From contig JBFWJS010000003.1 of NCBI GenBank assembly GCA_050253075.1, positions 85,458 through 149,457 of the forward strand: a stretch of 64,000 nucleotides of DNA, in the 5' to 3' direction. Source of the stretch: Deferribacterales bacterium. GTDB lineage: Bacteria > Chrysiogenota > Deferribacteres > Deferribacterales > Geovibrionaceae. The notes beneath the pieces are model-generated. The model made no database searches. It was not told where the DNA came from and worked only from the letters and a program-made list of their open reading frames with translations. This document shows positions 26,433 to 36,810 of the stretch, piece after piece (within the stretch, counting starts at the first letter, position 1; each line of letters opens with the position of its first letter). Position numbers and translations under genes: made by a program.

Positions 26433-28808
26433 ATGTCGAAGCGTGTTTTATTGTTTTTAATGGCTGTGCTTGCCTGCACCGTACTTGTTGCAGGTTGCGG
26501 CGGCGATGATGGCTCTGACGGCACTAGCGTTAGTGTTGATGACGTCATCAACAGCCCAGAATTCCAGGATGCTATCGGTGATAACACTGATGCTCTCTCT
26601 AAAGTAGCTAGCGAGTCTTGTGCAGTTTGTCACAACGACAGCGCTGAATTCAACGGTACATCTCACCAGAATAAGTATGATACAGTTGATACTGATGCTT
26701 ATGCTCTTACAGTAACTAACGTTGCACTTGGAGCAGGTAGTGATGCTGATCACGCAGTTGTTACTGTTGACTTCACATTTACAGACGGCGGTAACCCTGT
26801 AGTGCTTGCAGATCTTCCATCTCTTGCATTTGGTGTTCAGAAATACCCTAACGGTTCTGGCTACGGTATAGCTGCAGCTCAGGATACACTTGTTGATAAC
26901 GGTGACGGTTCATTCACATTTACTTCTACTGACGCAACAGCGATCCCTTCTGCTACAGCTGACTACTTCGTATATGCAAGCGCAACAGCTAACGAAGTTG
27001 TTATGGCAGATCAGCCTGCAGCAGCTCAGTTCCACTTCTACGAGACTATCGTAACAGGTGGTAAAGGTGCAGGTACTCTTGATGTCGGCGTTTACTCTTC
27101 AACAGCTAGCGCAAGCGGTTGTGTAAGATGTCACGGCGATGCAAACGGAAACTATAAGAAACATGGATATATAGAAGCAGCAGCTGTAGATAGCAACGAC
27201 TTCGTACTTTGCTACAAGTGTCACTACCTTCCAACTGCTGGCACAAACGGCGGTCACCAATCATGGCAGCTGCTTGTTGACAATCCTCAGAAATATGCTG
27301 AGTATGCACTCTTAGCTGAAGCAGCAGGTGATGATGTAGAAGATCACATGACAGCTGCTGAGCTTACAAAGTATGCTTACAACAAAACTCTTATGAATGA
27401 TGTTCACATGTCTCACGCTAAAGAATTTGCTTACCCACAGAGTATGGCAAACTGTGCTACATGTCACACAACTCCAGCTCAGCGTACAGCTGTTCTCGAC
27501 ATGGCTAACTTCACATATGCTACATGTATCAGCTGTCACCCGCAAAACGGTGGTACAGATACAGCTAATGCTGACGGCGATTTCGCAGTTGACACAACAG
27601 AGTGGTCTCTTCAGGGACTTGCAGATGCTTCTGCTTACCCACACGGCGACCTTTCAGCAATTGCTAGCTGTGCAGGTCAGTGTCACGGCGCTACAGCACC
27701 TTCATTCTCTACAATCCACAACGGTGGCTTCGATAAAGCTATCTACACATCTGCAGGCGTTAAATACGCTGACGACGTTGTAGTAACAATCGATTCTGCT
27801 TCTGTTGACGGAACAAACCTTACAATCAACTTCAGCGCTGCAAGTACTGTAACAGGTCTTGAGGCTGATATCGTTCCTAGTGTTTATGTAGCTGGTTACG
27901 GTTACGATACAAAAGATTTTATCGTAAGCAACCACACAAGAGATGCTGATAGAAACTACCTCGGCGAATACACATTCGGCGGAACAAGCCCATACTTCTC
28001 TAATGCTACACAAACTGGTGCTACATGGTCTGTTGTTTACGACCTTACAGCACTTGACGGTGACGGATACATTACAGATGGCGTAGTTAGAAACCTTGAA
28101 ATAGCTATCGCTCCTGCTCTTACAGTTGACGGCGTGTCAGTTGGTATGAATGCTCCATCTAAGACATTCAGCCTTACAACAGGTGCATTCGTTGACGACT
28201 ACTATCAGGGTGCAAACGCTATCGTTAGCGAAGCAAACGGCTGTAACACATGTCACGATCAGCTTGCTACAACATTCCACTCTCCTAACAGAGGCGGAAA
28301 CATCGTAGTATGTCGTATGTGTCACGTAGTTGGTAGCGGCGGTTCTCACCTTGAGATGCAGTCTCGTTCTATCGACTCTTATGTACACGCTACACACACA
28401 TTCCAGCCATATGATACTGATGATGTTGACTTCACAGACCCAGTAGAAGCTGTTCGTTACGAGCACCACGTTGAGTCTACATACCCAATGTTCACAACTA
28501 CTAACTGTGAGTCTTGTCACACATCCGGCACATATGCAATGCCTGACGAGTCTAAGTCTCTTCCAGGCAGACTTTCTGCTGCTTACGAAGTAGGCGTTGA
28601 CAGAAGCATCGGTGCAGTTCCTGCTTATGTAACAGGAGCAGTATCTCGCGCTTGTGGTTCTTGTCACAGAGCTGAGATGATCAACGAAGATGAAGCCGGT
28701 GAGCTCTCTGCATTCAATGCACACGCAGCTACATTCGGTTACATGGTTGAAGATGACGGTACAGTACTTGCTGACGTTATCGAAAAGATCATGACAGTCT
28801 ACAAATAA
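26433..28808 (+). CDS. Decaheme c-type cytochrome lipoprotein, OmcA/MtrC-like architecture
   Basis: AAGGAGG RBS; lipobox VAGC-GGDDGSDG; 9 CXXCH + 1 CX3CH; two beta-rich inter-heme domains. Confidence 0.85.
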   Translation: MSKRVLLFLMAVLACTVLVAGCGGDDGSDGTSVSVDDVINSPEFQDAIGDNTDALSKVASESCAVCHNDSAEFNGTSHQNKYDTVDTDAYALTVTNVALGAGSDADHAVVTVDFTFTDGGNPVVLADLPSLAFGVQKYPNGSGYGIAAAQDTLVDNGDGSFTFTSTDATAIPSATADYFVYASATANEVVMADQPAAAQFHFYETIVTGGKGAGTLDVGVYSSTASASGCVRCHGDANGNYKKHGYIEAAAVDSNDFVLCYKCHYLPTAGTNGGHQSWQLLVDNPQKYAEYALLAEAAGDDVEDHMTAAELTKYAYNKTLMNDVHMSHAKEFAYPQSMANCATCHTTPAQRTAVLDMANFTYATCISCHPQNGGTDTANADGDFAVDTTEWSLQGLADASAYPHGDLSAIASCAGQCHGATAPSFSTIHNGGFDKAIYTSAGVKYADDVVVTIDSASVDGTNLTINFSAASTVTGLEADIVPSVYVAGYGYDTKDFIVSNHTRDADRNYLGEYTFGGTSPYFSNATQTGATWSVVYDLTALDGDGYITDGVVRNLEIAIAPALTVDGVSVGMNAPSKTFSLTTGAFVDDYYQGANAIVSEANGCNTCHDQLATTFHSPNRGGNIVVCRMCHVVGSGGSHLEMQSRSIDSYVHATHTFQPYDTDDVDFTDPVEAVRYEHHVESTYPMFTTTNCESCHTSGTYAMPDESKSLPGRLSAAYEVGVDRSIGAVPAYVTGAVSRACGSCHRAEMINEDEAGELSAFNAHAATFGYMVEDDGTVLADVIEKIMTVYK

Positions 28809-28828
28809 CGTTTAGACTTTAAATAGAG

Positions 28829-28858
28829 AAAGGCGTCCTTCGGGACGCCTTTTTTTTT
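28829..28858 (+). terminator. Strong intrinsic terminator
   Basis: AAAGGCGTCC-TTCG-GGACGCCTTT plus long T run. Confidence 0.92.
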
Positions 28859-29056
28859 GTGTACTTGTAAAATAAAAATATGCGATATGTTAGGTATTTA
28901 AATTAATTGATTAATTTATGATAAAAAGACTAATCATATCTGTTGATGAACGTTTGTTTAGTTTGAAGGCAATATGCTCATAATAATCTATGAATATGCG
29001 AATAAATGAATCCTTAAAAAGTAAGATATAATAAGGGTTTCAAAGGTTTTCTTGTG

Positions 29057-29085
29057 TTGACATGGTGTAGAACTTGCTTTAATCT
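29057..29085 (+). promoter_or_regulatory. Probable sigma-70 promoter of the cytochrome operon
   Basis: TTGACA-17-TAATCT. Confidence 0.5.
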
Positions 29086-29144
29086 ATTATAACGAATGAA
29101 CTAAAGCATTTATTGTTAACTTTTTATTTTATTTGGAGCTGATG

Positions 29145-30206
29145 ATGAGAATATTTACTATCACGTTAATCGCGGTCTTCAGCATCTTTTTTAGTTTTGG
29201 TGTGTCAAATGCATCTTCGTCCGGTATCACTACCGATGATGAAAACTGCATGATGTGTCACAAGTATCCGGGCCTCACAAGGGTCAATGATGAAGGATAC
29301 CTCAGACTCTTTTACGTAGACTCTGAGAAGTATGACCACTCTGTACACACAAAGGTCAAATGTTCCGGATGTCATGCCGATATCAAGGAGATCCCTCATA
29401 AAGAGGCTAAAAAAGTTGACTGTACGACTGAGTGCCACATTAAAAATGCCGGATCTGAAAAGCCGTTTTCACACAAGAAAATAGCGTTGGATCTCGAATC
29501 CAGTATCCATAACCCGGAAAACACAAATGTGAGAGCAAAGATCGAAGAAGATTTTCCTACCTGTACCGATTGCCACAATAACCCTACCTACAGATTTATC
29601 GATAATGACGTAGAAGATATCTATGGCGGCAGACACAAGGAGAGAGTTCTTCAGAAATGCGCAGTCTGCCACGACAACGCAACTGATTATGCCTATTTCT
29701 TCAACCACGTTACACACAGAATAAAGGACCTCGCACCGTCTGAAGACGTTGTTAAGACCTGCAGCAAGTGTCATGCGAAAGAAGAGATGGCTCAGAAGCA
29801 TAAGCTGAAAAATGCCGCTGCTACATACCTTGACACTTTCCACGGAAAGGCTGTCGAGTTCGGATTTGAAAATGCTCCGACATGTATCAGCTGTCACGTT
29901 AAGACAGGCGAATCAGCGCATAAGATCATGAGTTATAAAAACCCTCAAAGTGCCACTTTCGAAGCGAACAGGTATCTGGCCTGCAAAGATGCAGACTGCC
30001 ACGCAAACCCTGGGCAGGAGTTTGGTATGATAAGGATGCACACTGTTATCGACAGCAGCCTCTATCCGATAGAGTTCTATGTCGCTCTCGGTTTCACCAT
30101 CCTTACCATCGGAGCTTTCTACCCGCTTCTGATACTGATGATTCTCGAGCTTATCAGAGAGCTCTTCCCGAACGTCAGCTTCAGAAGAAAAAAGAGAAAG
30201 GATTAA
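29145..30206 (+). CDS. Membrane-anchored multiheme cytochrome c (CbcA-like / CbcL c-domain-like)
   Basis: Signal peptide; 6 CXXCH + CX3CH + CX4CH; C-terminal TM helix followed by basic tail. Confidence 0.85.
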   Translation: MRIFTITLIAVFSIFFSFGVSNASSSGITTDDENCMMCHKYPGLTRVNDEGYLRLFYVDSEKYDHSVHTKVKCSGCHADIKEIPHKEAKKVDCTTECHIKNAGSEKPFSHKKIALDLESSIHNPENTNVRAKIEEDFPTCTDCHNNPTYRFIDNDVEDIYGGRHKERVLQKCAVCHDNATDYAYFFNHVTHRIKDLAPSEDVVKTCSKCHAKEEMAQKHKLKNAAATYLDTFHGKAVEFGFENAPTCISCHVKTGESAHKIMSYKNPQSATFEANRYLACKDADCHANPGQEFGMIRMHTVIDSSLYPIEFYVALGFTILTIGAFYPLLILMILELIRELFPNVSFRRKKRKD

Positions 30207-30218
30207 GAGGGTACTGAC

Positions 30219-31115
30219 ATGATGAGACGATTACCGCTGATCAAAATAAAGAACGGCGAAAGACATTATCTTAAACTGACTCCAAACCAGAAACGTCAGC
30301 ACTTTCTGCTTATGACGACATTCACGCTTCTGGTTTTGACAGGCTTCCCTCTTAAGTTTCATTACTACGACTGGGCAGCCCCTATAATAAACTTCTTTGG
30401 CGGTCTCACCGTTACAAGGATAATACACAGAATTTCAGGCGTACTGATGGTATGGCTGTTCTTCTATCACTGGTGGTACATATTTAAGAACGTATTCAAT
30501 TATTATGTAATACCTGCGAGAAGGACTAATACTTTCTCTTGGAAAGAGCTGATACTGTTCATGTACTATTCTCCTATGTGTCCACGTAAAAAAGACGGTA
30601 AGGACATAGTCGATTTCGTGAAGTTCGCTCTGTTCATCAGCGATGAAAGACCGAAACACGAAAGATTCCACTGGAGAGAGAAGTTTGACTATTGGGCGGT
30701 TTTCTGGGGTATTCCGGTTCTCGGCCTTACAGGTCTTTTCCTCTGGTTCCCCGTGTGGGCGACATCCTTCATGCCCGGATGGGCTGTAAACATCAGCTAC
30801 ATCGCACACTCGGACGAGGCTATGCTTGCTGTCAGTGTTATCTTTATCTGGCACATGTATAACGCTCACGTTAACTATGACAAATTCCCTGCGTCTCCGC
30901 TCTTCATCACAGGCTACCTGCCTGAAGACCTGATGAAGCATGAGTACTATGTGGAGTGGGCCCGTCTCAATCACATCTGTGAGAAAGACCCGACTCTCAT
31001 AGAGGACGTGGATGCTCAGAGAGCAGCACTGTCCATGACAGACGCTGAGAAGCTGGAAGTTGTCAGAGGACAGATCAAGTTCCTGCAGAATGAAGAAAGA
31101 GGAGAAGATCAATGA
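30219..31115 (+). CDS. Integral membrane di-heme cytochrome b (FdnI/CbcB-like quinol oxidoreductase subunit)
   Basis: QH..LVLTGFPLKF, IHRISG, EKFDYWAVFWG, HSDEA..WHMYN heme-ligand His pattern. Confidence 0.88.
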   Translation: MMRRLPLIKIKNGERHYLKLTPNQKRQHFLLMTTFTLLVLTGFPLKFHYYDWAAPIINFFGGLTVTRIIHRISGVLMVWLFFYHWWYIFKNVFNYYVIPARRTNTFSWKELILFMYYSPMCPRKKDGKDIVDFVKFALFISDERPKHERFHWREKFDYWAVFWGIPVLGLTGLFLWFPVWATSFMPGWAVNISYIAHSDEAMLAVSVIFIWHMYNAHVNYDKFPASPLFITGYLPEDLMKHEYYVEWARLNHICEKDPTLIEDVDAQRAALSMTDAEKLEVVRGQIKFLQNEERGEDQ

Positions 31116-31969
31116 GCGGAAGATCATCAGGCATAAGAAAAAAGATTTACTGCATCATCGGTATCGCTATCCTCTTATACTGCGGATACATAGTAGAAAT
31201 ACTCGTGATGCACATCTGGCATAAAGCTCCGCACGCCGAGCACACAGACGCTAACATGTCTGCCGACGATAAGCTCTTTCAGGAGATGCTTTCCGGTGCT
31301 GAAGAGGGCGGTCACGGTGTAGCCAGAAAAGATATAAACGAGATCCACAGGCTGTATGAATTTCATAAAAGCGAGCGCAATGCTGTCCTCGATACACAGA
31401 ACCTCTGTGTTTCATGCCACGGCGACGTGCCTCACGATAAAAAGAAAGAAATTCGTGCCTTCCTTAACATGCACACATTCTTTATGGCTTGTGAAACATG
31501 CCACATAGACAACGGTGATGTTGTGGATACTAAGTACGTCTGGTACAACAAAACAACAGGCGTGAAAAGGGATACATTAGAGCTGGATACATATCTCGCC
31601 GACACACAGTATAAGCTGATCCCTCAGAACCGTACAGGTGAAGAGAAAGAGGTCTACGCTACTGAAAAAATGCAGAAATACGTTGCTCAGTTTAAAGACA
31701 GCGTAGGCGGCATGCTGCCATCTGCAAAGAGCGCCGCTCTTAAAGTTATCCACAGACCTATGTCGGAAGTGAAAGATACGGTACACTGCGAAAACTGTCA
31801 CACAGCGGACAGAAGCAAGGCTTACCTGCCATTCGCAGAGATCGGTTATCCCGAAAGACGTACCGATCAGCTTGTCGGCAACGAGGTAGTAGGTATGATA
31901 GAAAAGTATAAGCAGTTCTATCTGCCTGATTTCTTAGCTCCTAAAGAGGAAGACGAGAGTGAAAAGTAA
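31112..31969 (+). CDS. Membrane-anchored triheme cytochrome c
   Basis: N-terminal TM; CVSCH, CETCH, CENCH. Confidence 0.85.
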   Translation: MSGRSSGIRKKIYCIIGIAILLYCGYIVEILVMHIWHKAPHAEHTDANMSADDKLFQEMLSGAEEGGHGVARKDINEIHRLYEFHKSERNAVLDTQNLCVSCHGDVPHDKKKEIRAFLNMHTFFMACETCHIDNGDVVDTKYVWYNKTTGVKRDTLELDTYLADTQYKLIPQNRTGEEKEVYATEKMQKYVAQFKDSVGGMLPSAKSAALKVIHRPMSEVKDTVHCENCHTADRSKAYLPFAEIGYPERRTDQLVGNEVVGMIEKYKQFYLPDFLAPKEEDESEK

Positions 31970-32846
31970 AATACTGATTGCTGTTCTTATCCTGTGCACT
32001 GCCGCTATGGCCGGTGCACAGGATCTTAGAGCATCGCTTTTATACAAAATAAAGCTCGGCGAACATGCCGCTCCGGCGGATGTTGTCCTTTATGACGACG
32101 GAAGGACGGGCATCTATGATGCATACTCCGGCCGATATACCGTTTATAAAGGGGATGTAAGTGAAGGCGGATTTCAGAGTGAAATGCTGAAGGGCGGAAA
32201 CTGCTTTGTCGCAAACGGAAACTATTTCCTTTACTGCGACAGCGTGAACAGCTCTGTAGACATGATCTCTGCTTCCGGTGAGCTTTATAAATCGTTTAGT
32301 ATTCCGTCAGATATAAAAGGCAAGTACGACCCTACTGATGCCCTTGTGTCTGACGGTTTTCTTTTTACAGCCGACAACGACAACCACAGGGTTGTAAAGG
32401 CTGACCTTGCCACGGGCGAAGTCGCAATGGTACAGGGCGGATACGGCGACAGCAAACTTAAGTTCTGGTATCCGTATGCTCTGTCTATGGACTCTAAGGG
32501 AGTTCTCTATGTGTCTGAGGTGCTCAACACCAGAGTGCAGAAGATCACAAAAGAGCTTAAATTCTATGAATTCTACGGAAGCTGGGGTATCAAACCCGGC
32601 GAATTTTTCAGACCGACAGGTGTGGCCGTCTATAAAGGGGATAATGTCCTTGTAGGCGACGGATACACAGGCGTCATTCAGTATCTCGACAACGAGGGCA
32701 GGTTTACCGGTCTTTTAAAAGACAAGAGCGGAAACAGGCTCAGCCTCGGTTCTGTCACTCATATCAGAGTAAACGGAGACAGGCTCGGCGTCGTGGATGC
32801 GTTTGGCAAAACGGTCTATATATTTGAACTGGAGGAGCTGAAGTGA
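31959..32846 (+). CDS. Exported NHL-repeat beta-propeller protein
   Basis: Signal peptide; ADNDNHRV, FWYPYALSMDSKGVLYVSEVLNTRVQ, PGEFFRPTGVAV repeats. Confidence 0.85.
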   Translation: MKSKILIAVLILCTAAMAGAQDLRASLLYKIKLGEHAAPADVVLYDDGRTGIYDAYSGRYTVYKGDVSEGGFQSEMLKGGNCFVANGNYFLYCDSVNSSVDMISASGELYKSFSIPSDIKGKYDPTDALVSDGFLFTADNDNHRVVKADLATGEVAMVQGGYGDSKLKFWYPYALSMDSKGVLYVSEVLNTRVQKITKELKFYEFYGSWGIKPGEFFRPTGVAVYKGDNVLVGDGYTGVIQYLDNEGRFTGLLKDKSGNRLSLGSVTHIRVNGDRLGVVDAFGKTVYIFELEELK

Positions 32847-35800
32847 AAAAACTGCTAATACTGCTGCCGATGCTCCTTGCCGCTTTTGCGGCTTATTCAG
32901 CTGATGTCACAAAGCTGAATCCCGATTCTTCGAAACAGTGTGCGGTCTGCCACTATGAGTGGATGCCTGAGTTCCTCTTTGACCTGAAAGGTACAGAGCT
33001 TGTGGACTATCAGAGCGAAAAGACCGTCGCTACTGAAAAGATGTGCTTCAGCTGTCACAACGGAACCGTAGGCGACAGCCGTATCAGGATATGGTCCGGA
33101 GATATGCATAAGCTCTCCGACAAGATCCCTGAGCACATGAACATCCCTAAAGAACTTCCTCTCAACGGCAACTCTATCGGATGCCGAACATGTCACTCTG
33201 CCCACTCCACAGGAAACCCTGAGAAAGAGGGCGTTGAAAAAAGCGTGTTCCTCCGCATGGAAAACGAAGACTCTCAGCTCTGTCAGGCATGCCACACAGA
33301 CATGTCAAAGGATAAGGTGCACAGCCATCCTCTGAAAGAGATGAAGAAAGCCGGCGAGATAGAACCTAAACTGAAAAAGATGTTCGGTAAGCTGGGAAGC
33401 AAAGATCAGGTAGTCTGCGAAAGCTGCCATACGCCTCACTCACCGAAAGAAAATAAACTTCTCATAAGCGAGCTGACAGACTCGAAGCTCTGCTCTGTAT
33501 GCCACGAAGATAAGGTAAACCCCGATAACCTCACATATGTTAAAGGCGTGCTGAACCACCCTATCAATGTGATACAGGAAAAACCTGTGGCAGATATTGA
33601 GAAACACGGCGGTAAATACGGCAAAGGGGGCGAAGTTATCTGCCTCACATGCCATGCTCCGCACAACGGTAAAAACAAAGGTCTGCTCATTGAAAACAAT
33701 CAGGACAGCAAGCTCTGCCTGACATGCCATAATGAAAAAAAATCTGTCGTCTCCACAAAGCACGACATGAAGACCGTAAAAGGATACAGAACAAAAGACG
33801 GAAGAACAGCACAGGAAACAGGCACATGCGAAAGCTGCCACGCCCCACACGGATGGGCAGTGAAGCTGCCTAAAGGCGAGGGCGACCTCATCTCTAAAAG
33901 CTGTCTTTCATGTCACGACGACGGCGGTGTGGCTGAGAAGAAGGTTATTTCTTCGAAACTCTTTAACCACCCTGTCGGCAAGTCTATCAAAGACGGTGTC
34001 AAAGCGCCGGAGAACCTTCCGCTTTACGGACGCCTGCTGAACTTCCTTACAGAGTTCAGAACAGACGGTGAAGTGAAGAAGACAGTAACATGCGCAACAT
34101 GCCACGATGTCCACTCCAAAGGACAGAACTTCCTCCGTGCCGAAGCGGAAACAGGCGCACTCTGCATCTCATGTCATAATGAAAAAGAGATGATACAGAA
34201 GACGCTTCACGGCGGACAGAAGCTTGAAAAGAACTGTCTCTCATGCCACAAAGTGCACAACAGCGACAACGAGCGTCTCCTCACTAAGGGCGAGAACGAC
34301 GGATGTCTCACTTGTCACAAAGAGGGCGAGATAGGACAGAAAATGCTCACAGGCGAGCACTCCCACCCGGTTAATATGGCAGTAGACCGTAAGCTGGACG
34401 AGCACTTCAAACTGAGCAAAGATAATAAGATGACATGCGTAAGCTGTCACGACCCTCACTCGAGCACAAAGACTGCCAAGCTGGACAGAGACTTTATCAG
34501 AGGCGGATTCGCAGATAAAGATCAGTTCTGTACTGCATGTCACGAAGGTCAGAAAGAGATCATCGGAAGCGACCACGACGTACGAAAGAAAGACAGCGAA
34601 GAGGTTTGCTCTCAGTGTCACGCCGTGCATAAGGCCAAAACCGATAAGAATATAATGGCTCTGGAATACGCCTACAGCACCGAAGATGACAGCTGTAAGG
34701 TCTGCCACTCTGAAAAGGGTTCCGCAGATAAAAAGATAGTCATGGACGGACACAAACTCGGCAAGACAGAGATGCATGAGAAATACGGCAAGTTCCTCAC
34801 TGAAAAGGACGGGGACTACTATATCTATTGTTCAAGCTGTCACACCGTGCACAACAACGGACCGAAAAAGGGCGAGGAAGGAACCATCCGGAACAGCTTC
34901 CTGAATAAGAAACTGTCCGAAAACGGCAGCTTCTGTGCAGGATGCCACGAAGATAAGAAAAGTTTTGCGGCTTCAAAGCACAACGTAAACAGCTTTGAAA
35001 ACCACTCAGATAAAACAGCGAAAGCTAAAGCCGAAGGGGACACATGCGGATCCTGCCACATTGTCCACAACAGCGGCGAATATCTCTTTGCTAAAGAGTA
35101 CGGCGGTAATTTCGAAAAGATGTGCGAGAGCTGTCACGCCAAGGGCGAAGCAGCATCCAAAACAGCTATCGAAACAAGCCATAAGATGAACATGAAGCCT
35201 GAGAAGGTTGACGGACTCTTCCTGCAGGGGGGCAATGTTGTATGTGCCACATGTCACGAGCCTCATGCCGAAAACAAAGGCATGCTACGTGATCTGGGCG
35301 ATAAAAACATATGCGCCACATGTCACAAAGACAAAGATATGGTAGAGCTCTCCGAGCACAACATTGCGAAACTTGACTACATCGAAGGTGAAATAAAAGC
35401 CACAGCAGGCGTGAATCCATGCTATACATGTCATAAGCCTCACAACTTCCACAAAGGAAACAAATACATGTGGGCGTTTGAGATGAAAGATAAGCGCGGA
35501 TTCGCATACGACGTATGCTCTTCTTGCCATGCCGATAAAGGTATAGGGTATAAGAAGGTGCCTGATGCTCAGGTTCATGCCCGTATATTTAAGATTTTCC
35601 CTTACAAAGAGCGCTTTAAAGAGTATCTCTTTGACGAAAAGGGCGAAGTATCCACAGACGGAGCTATCACATGCCAGACATGTCATGATCCGCACGTGTG
35701 GGTGAAAGGCATGACAAAGCCTGAGATAAATGTCGAAGGCGATACTAAGAACAGCTTCCTGAAACTCTCCGTAAAAGACGACTTCTGTAAAGTCTGTCAC

Positions 35801-35950
35801 GGCGAGAAACAGTCCGAAGACCTGTTTAATAAGTATCACGATCAGAAATTCCGCGACGAACTCAATAAAAAGGACAACGAAGCGGAAGTTATGAAAAACA
35901 TACTTATGATCCAGATGAATCTTGAAAAGTATAAGGAGGAGAAAAAGTGA
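32843..35950 (+). CDS. Giant periplasmic multiheme cytochrome c, 28 CXXCH
   Basis: Signal peptide; 28 CXXCH counted, in paired CXXCHxxH...(L)CXXCH modules. Confidence 0.93.
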   Translation: MKKLLILLPMLLAAFAAYSADVTKLNPDSSKQCAVCHYEWMPEFLFDLKGTELVDYQSEKTVATEKMCFSCHNGTVGDSRIRIWSGDMHKLSDKIPEHMNIPKELPLNGNSIGCRTCHSAHSTGNPEKEGVEKSVFLRMENEDSQLCQACHTDMSKDKVHSHPLKEMKKAGEIEPKLKKMFGKLGSKDQVVCESCHTPHSPKENKLLISELTDSKLCSVCHEDKVNPDNLTYVKGVLNHPINVIQEKPVADIEKHGGKYGKGGEVICLTCHAPHNGKNKGLLIENNQDSKLCLTCHNEKKSVVSTKHDMKTVKGYRTKDGRTAQETGTCESCHAPHGWAVKLPKGEGDLISKSCLSCHDDGGVAEKKVISSKLFNHPVGKSIKDGVKAPENLPLYGRLLNFLTEFRTDGEVKKTVTCATCHDVHSKGQNFLRAEAETGALCISCHNEKEMIQKTLHGGQKLEKNCLSCHKVHNSDNERLLTKGENDGCLTCHKEGEIGQKMLTGEHSHPVNMAVDRKLDEHFKLSKDNKMTCVSCHDPHSSTKTAKLDRDFIRGGFADKDQFCTACHEGQKEIIGSDHDVRKKDSEEVCSQCHAVHKAKTDKNIMALEYAYSTEDDSCKVCHSEKGSADKKIVMDGHKLGKTEMHEKYGKFLTEKDGDYYIYCSSCHTVHNNGPKKGEEGTIRNSFLNKKLSENGSFCAGCHEDKKSFAASKHNVNSFENHSDKTAKAKAEGDTCGSCHIVHNSGEYLFAKEYGGNFEKMCESCHAKGEAASKTAIETSHKMNMKPEKVDGLFLQGGNVVCATCHEPHAENKGMLRDLGDKNICATCHKDKDMVELSEHNIAKLDYIEGEIKATAGVNPCYTCHKPHNFHKGNKYMWAFEMKDKRGFAYDVCSSCHADKGIGYKKVPDAQVHARIFKIFPYKERFKEYLFDEKGEVSTDGAITCQTCHDPHVWVKGMTKPEINVEGDTKNSFLKLSVKDDFCKVCHGEKQSEDLFNKYHDQKFRDELNKKDNEAEVMKNILMIQMNLEKYKEEKK

Positions 35951-36810
35951 GAAAGCTCCTTATAACATGCTTTGCGGCAATGCTTTTCGCTCCGCAGGTA
36001 CAGGCAGAGATGAAGCCTGTATTCGGCAGCGGGCTGAAGATGGACAAGGACTATGGCGTGCTTTATTTCAACAGTGAAAAGAGGCGTGATGTCAGCATAA
36101 TGTCGTCATTCATCAGTGACTGCACAGACCTGAAAGTTGCGTGTATATGCGCAGATGTCTCAGGCAGAAGCACAGACCAGCTGAAAGAAGCATTTCATAA
36201 TGCAGAAGGCAACGACTGCCTTTACAGTACAGATAAATCCGATGAATCGCCCCGTGCAGAGTTTTTTGCAGGCGGCGAATCGGTCGGTAACATAAACGAA
36301 CACGAGAACTTTACTCTGCTGCTCCCCGCATACCTCAAATATGTGGCGAAAGAGATAGATGATAAAGGTCTCGAAGAACAGCTCAAAGCTGCCGCAGGCG
36401 CCGAGGCTTATAAGAAGATCGTCCCCAGGATGAACTTCGTGCTGATGCTTGCGAAAAAGGGTGAGCGTGATGCCGCCCTGCACGAGCTGGACGGTATAGA
36501 TACCGCTATGTTGGATGATAAGGGTATGCTCCTTCTGGGGCAGACGTATCTTCGTCTGAAAGCACCGGAAAAAGCCCACGATATCCTGAAAGACTGCAAT
36601 GATAATGAATGCCGCTTTTATTCTGCTGTTGCACTTCACCTTTCAGGGAGAAACGAAGAGGCTGTTAACGCTTTCATATCTTTGAAAAAAGTATATAATG
36701 ACGACGATAAGATCAATTTTTATTTAAAAGCTGCCTATAAAGCTTTAGGGGACGATGTTGATGCGGATAAGATTAAACTGCCTGACAACTATAATATTAA
36801 TTCTGATTAG
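35947..36810 (+). CDS. Exported protein with C-terminal TPR-like repeats
   Basis: Signal peptide ending VQA; LLGQTYLRL..A, FYSAVALH..G..EEA, FYLKAAYKALG. Confidence 0.65.
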   Translation: MRKLLITCFAAMLFAPQVQAEMKPVFGSGLKMDKDYGVLYFNSEKRRDVSIMSSFISDCTDLKVACICADVSGRSTDQLKEAFHNAEGNDCLYSTDKSDESPRAEFFAGGESVGNINEHENFTLLLPAYLKYVAKEIDDKGLEEQLKAAAGAEAYKKIVPRMNFVLMLAKKGERDAALHELDGIDTAMLDDKGMLLLGQTYLRLKAPEKAHDILKDCNDNECRFYSAVALHLSGRNEEAVNAFISLKKVYNDDDKINFYLKAAYKALGDDVDADKIKLPDNYNINSD

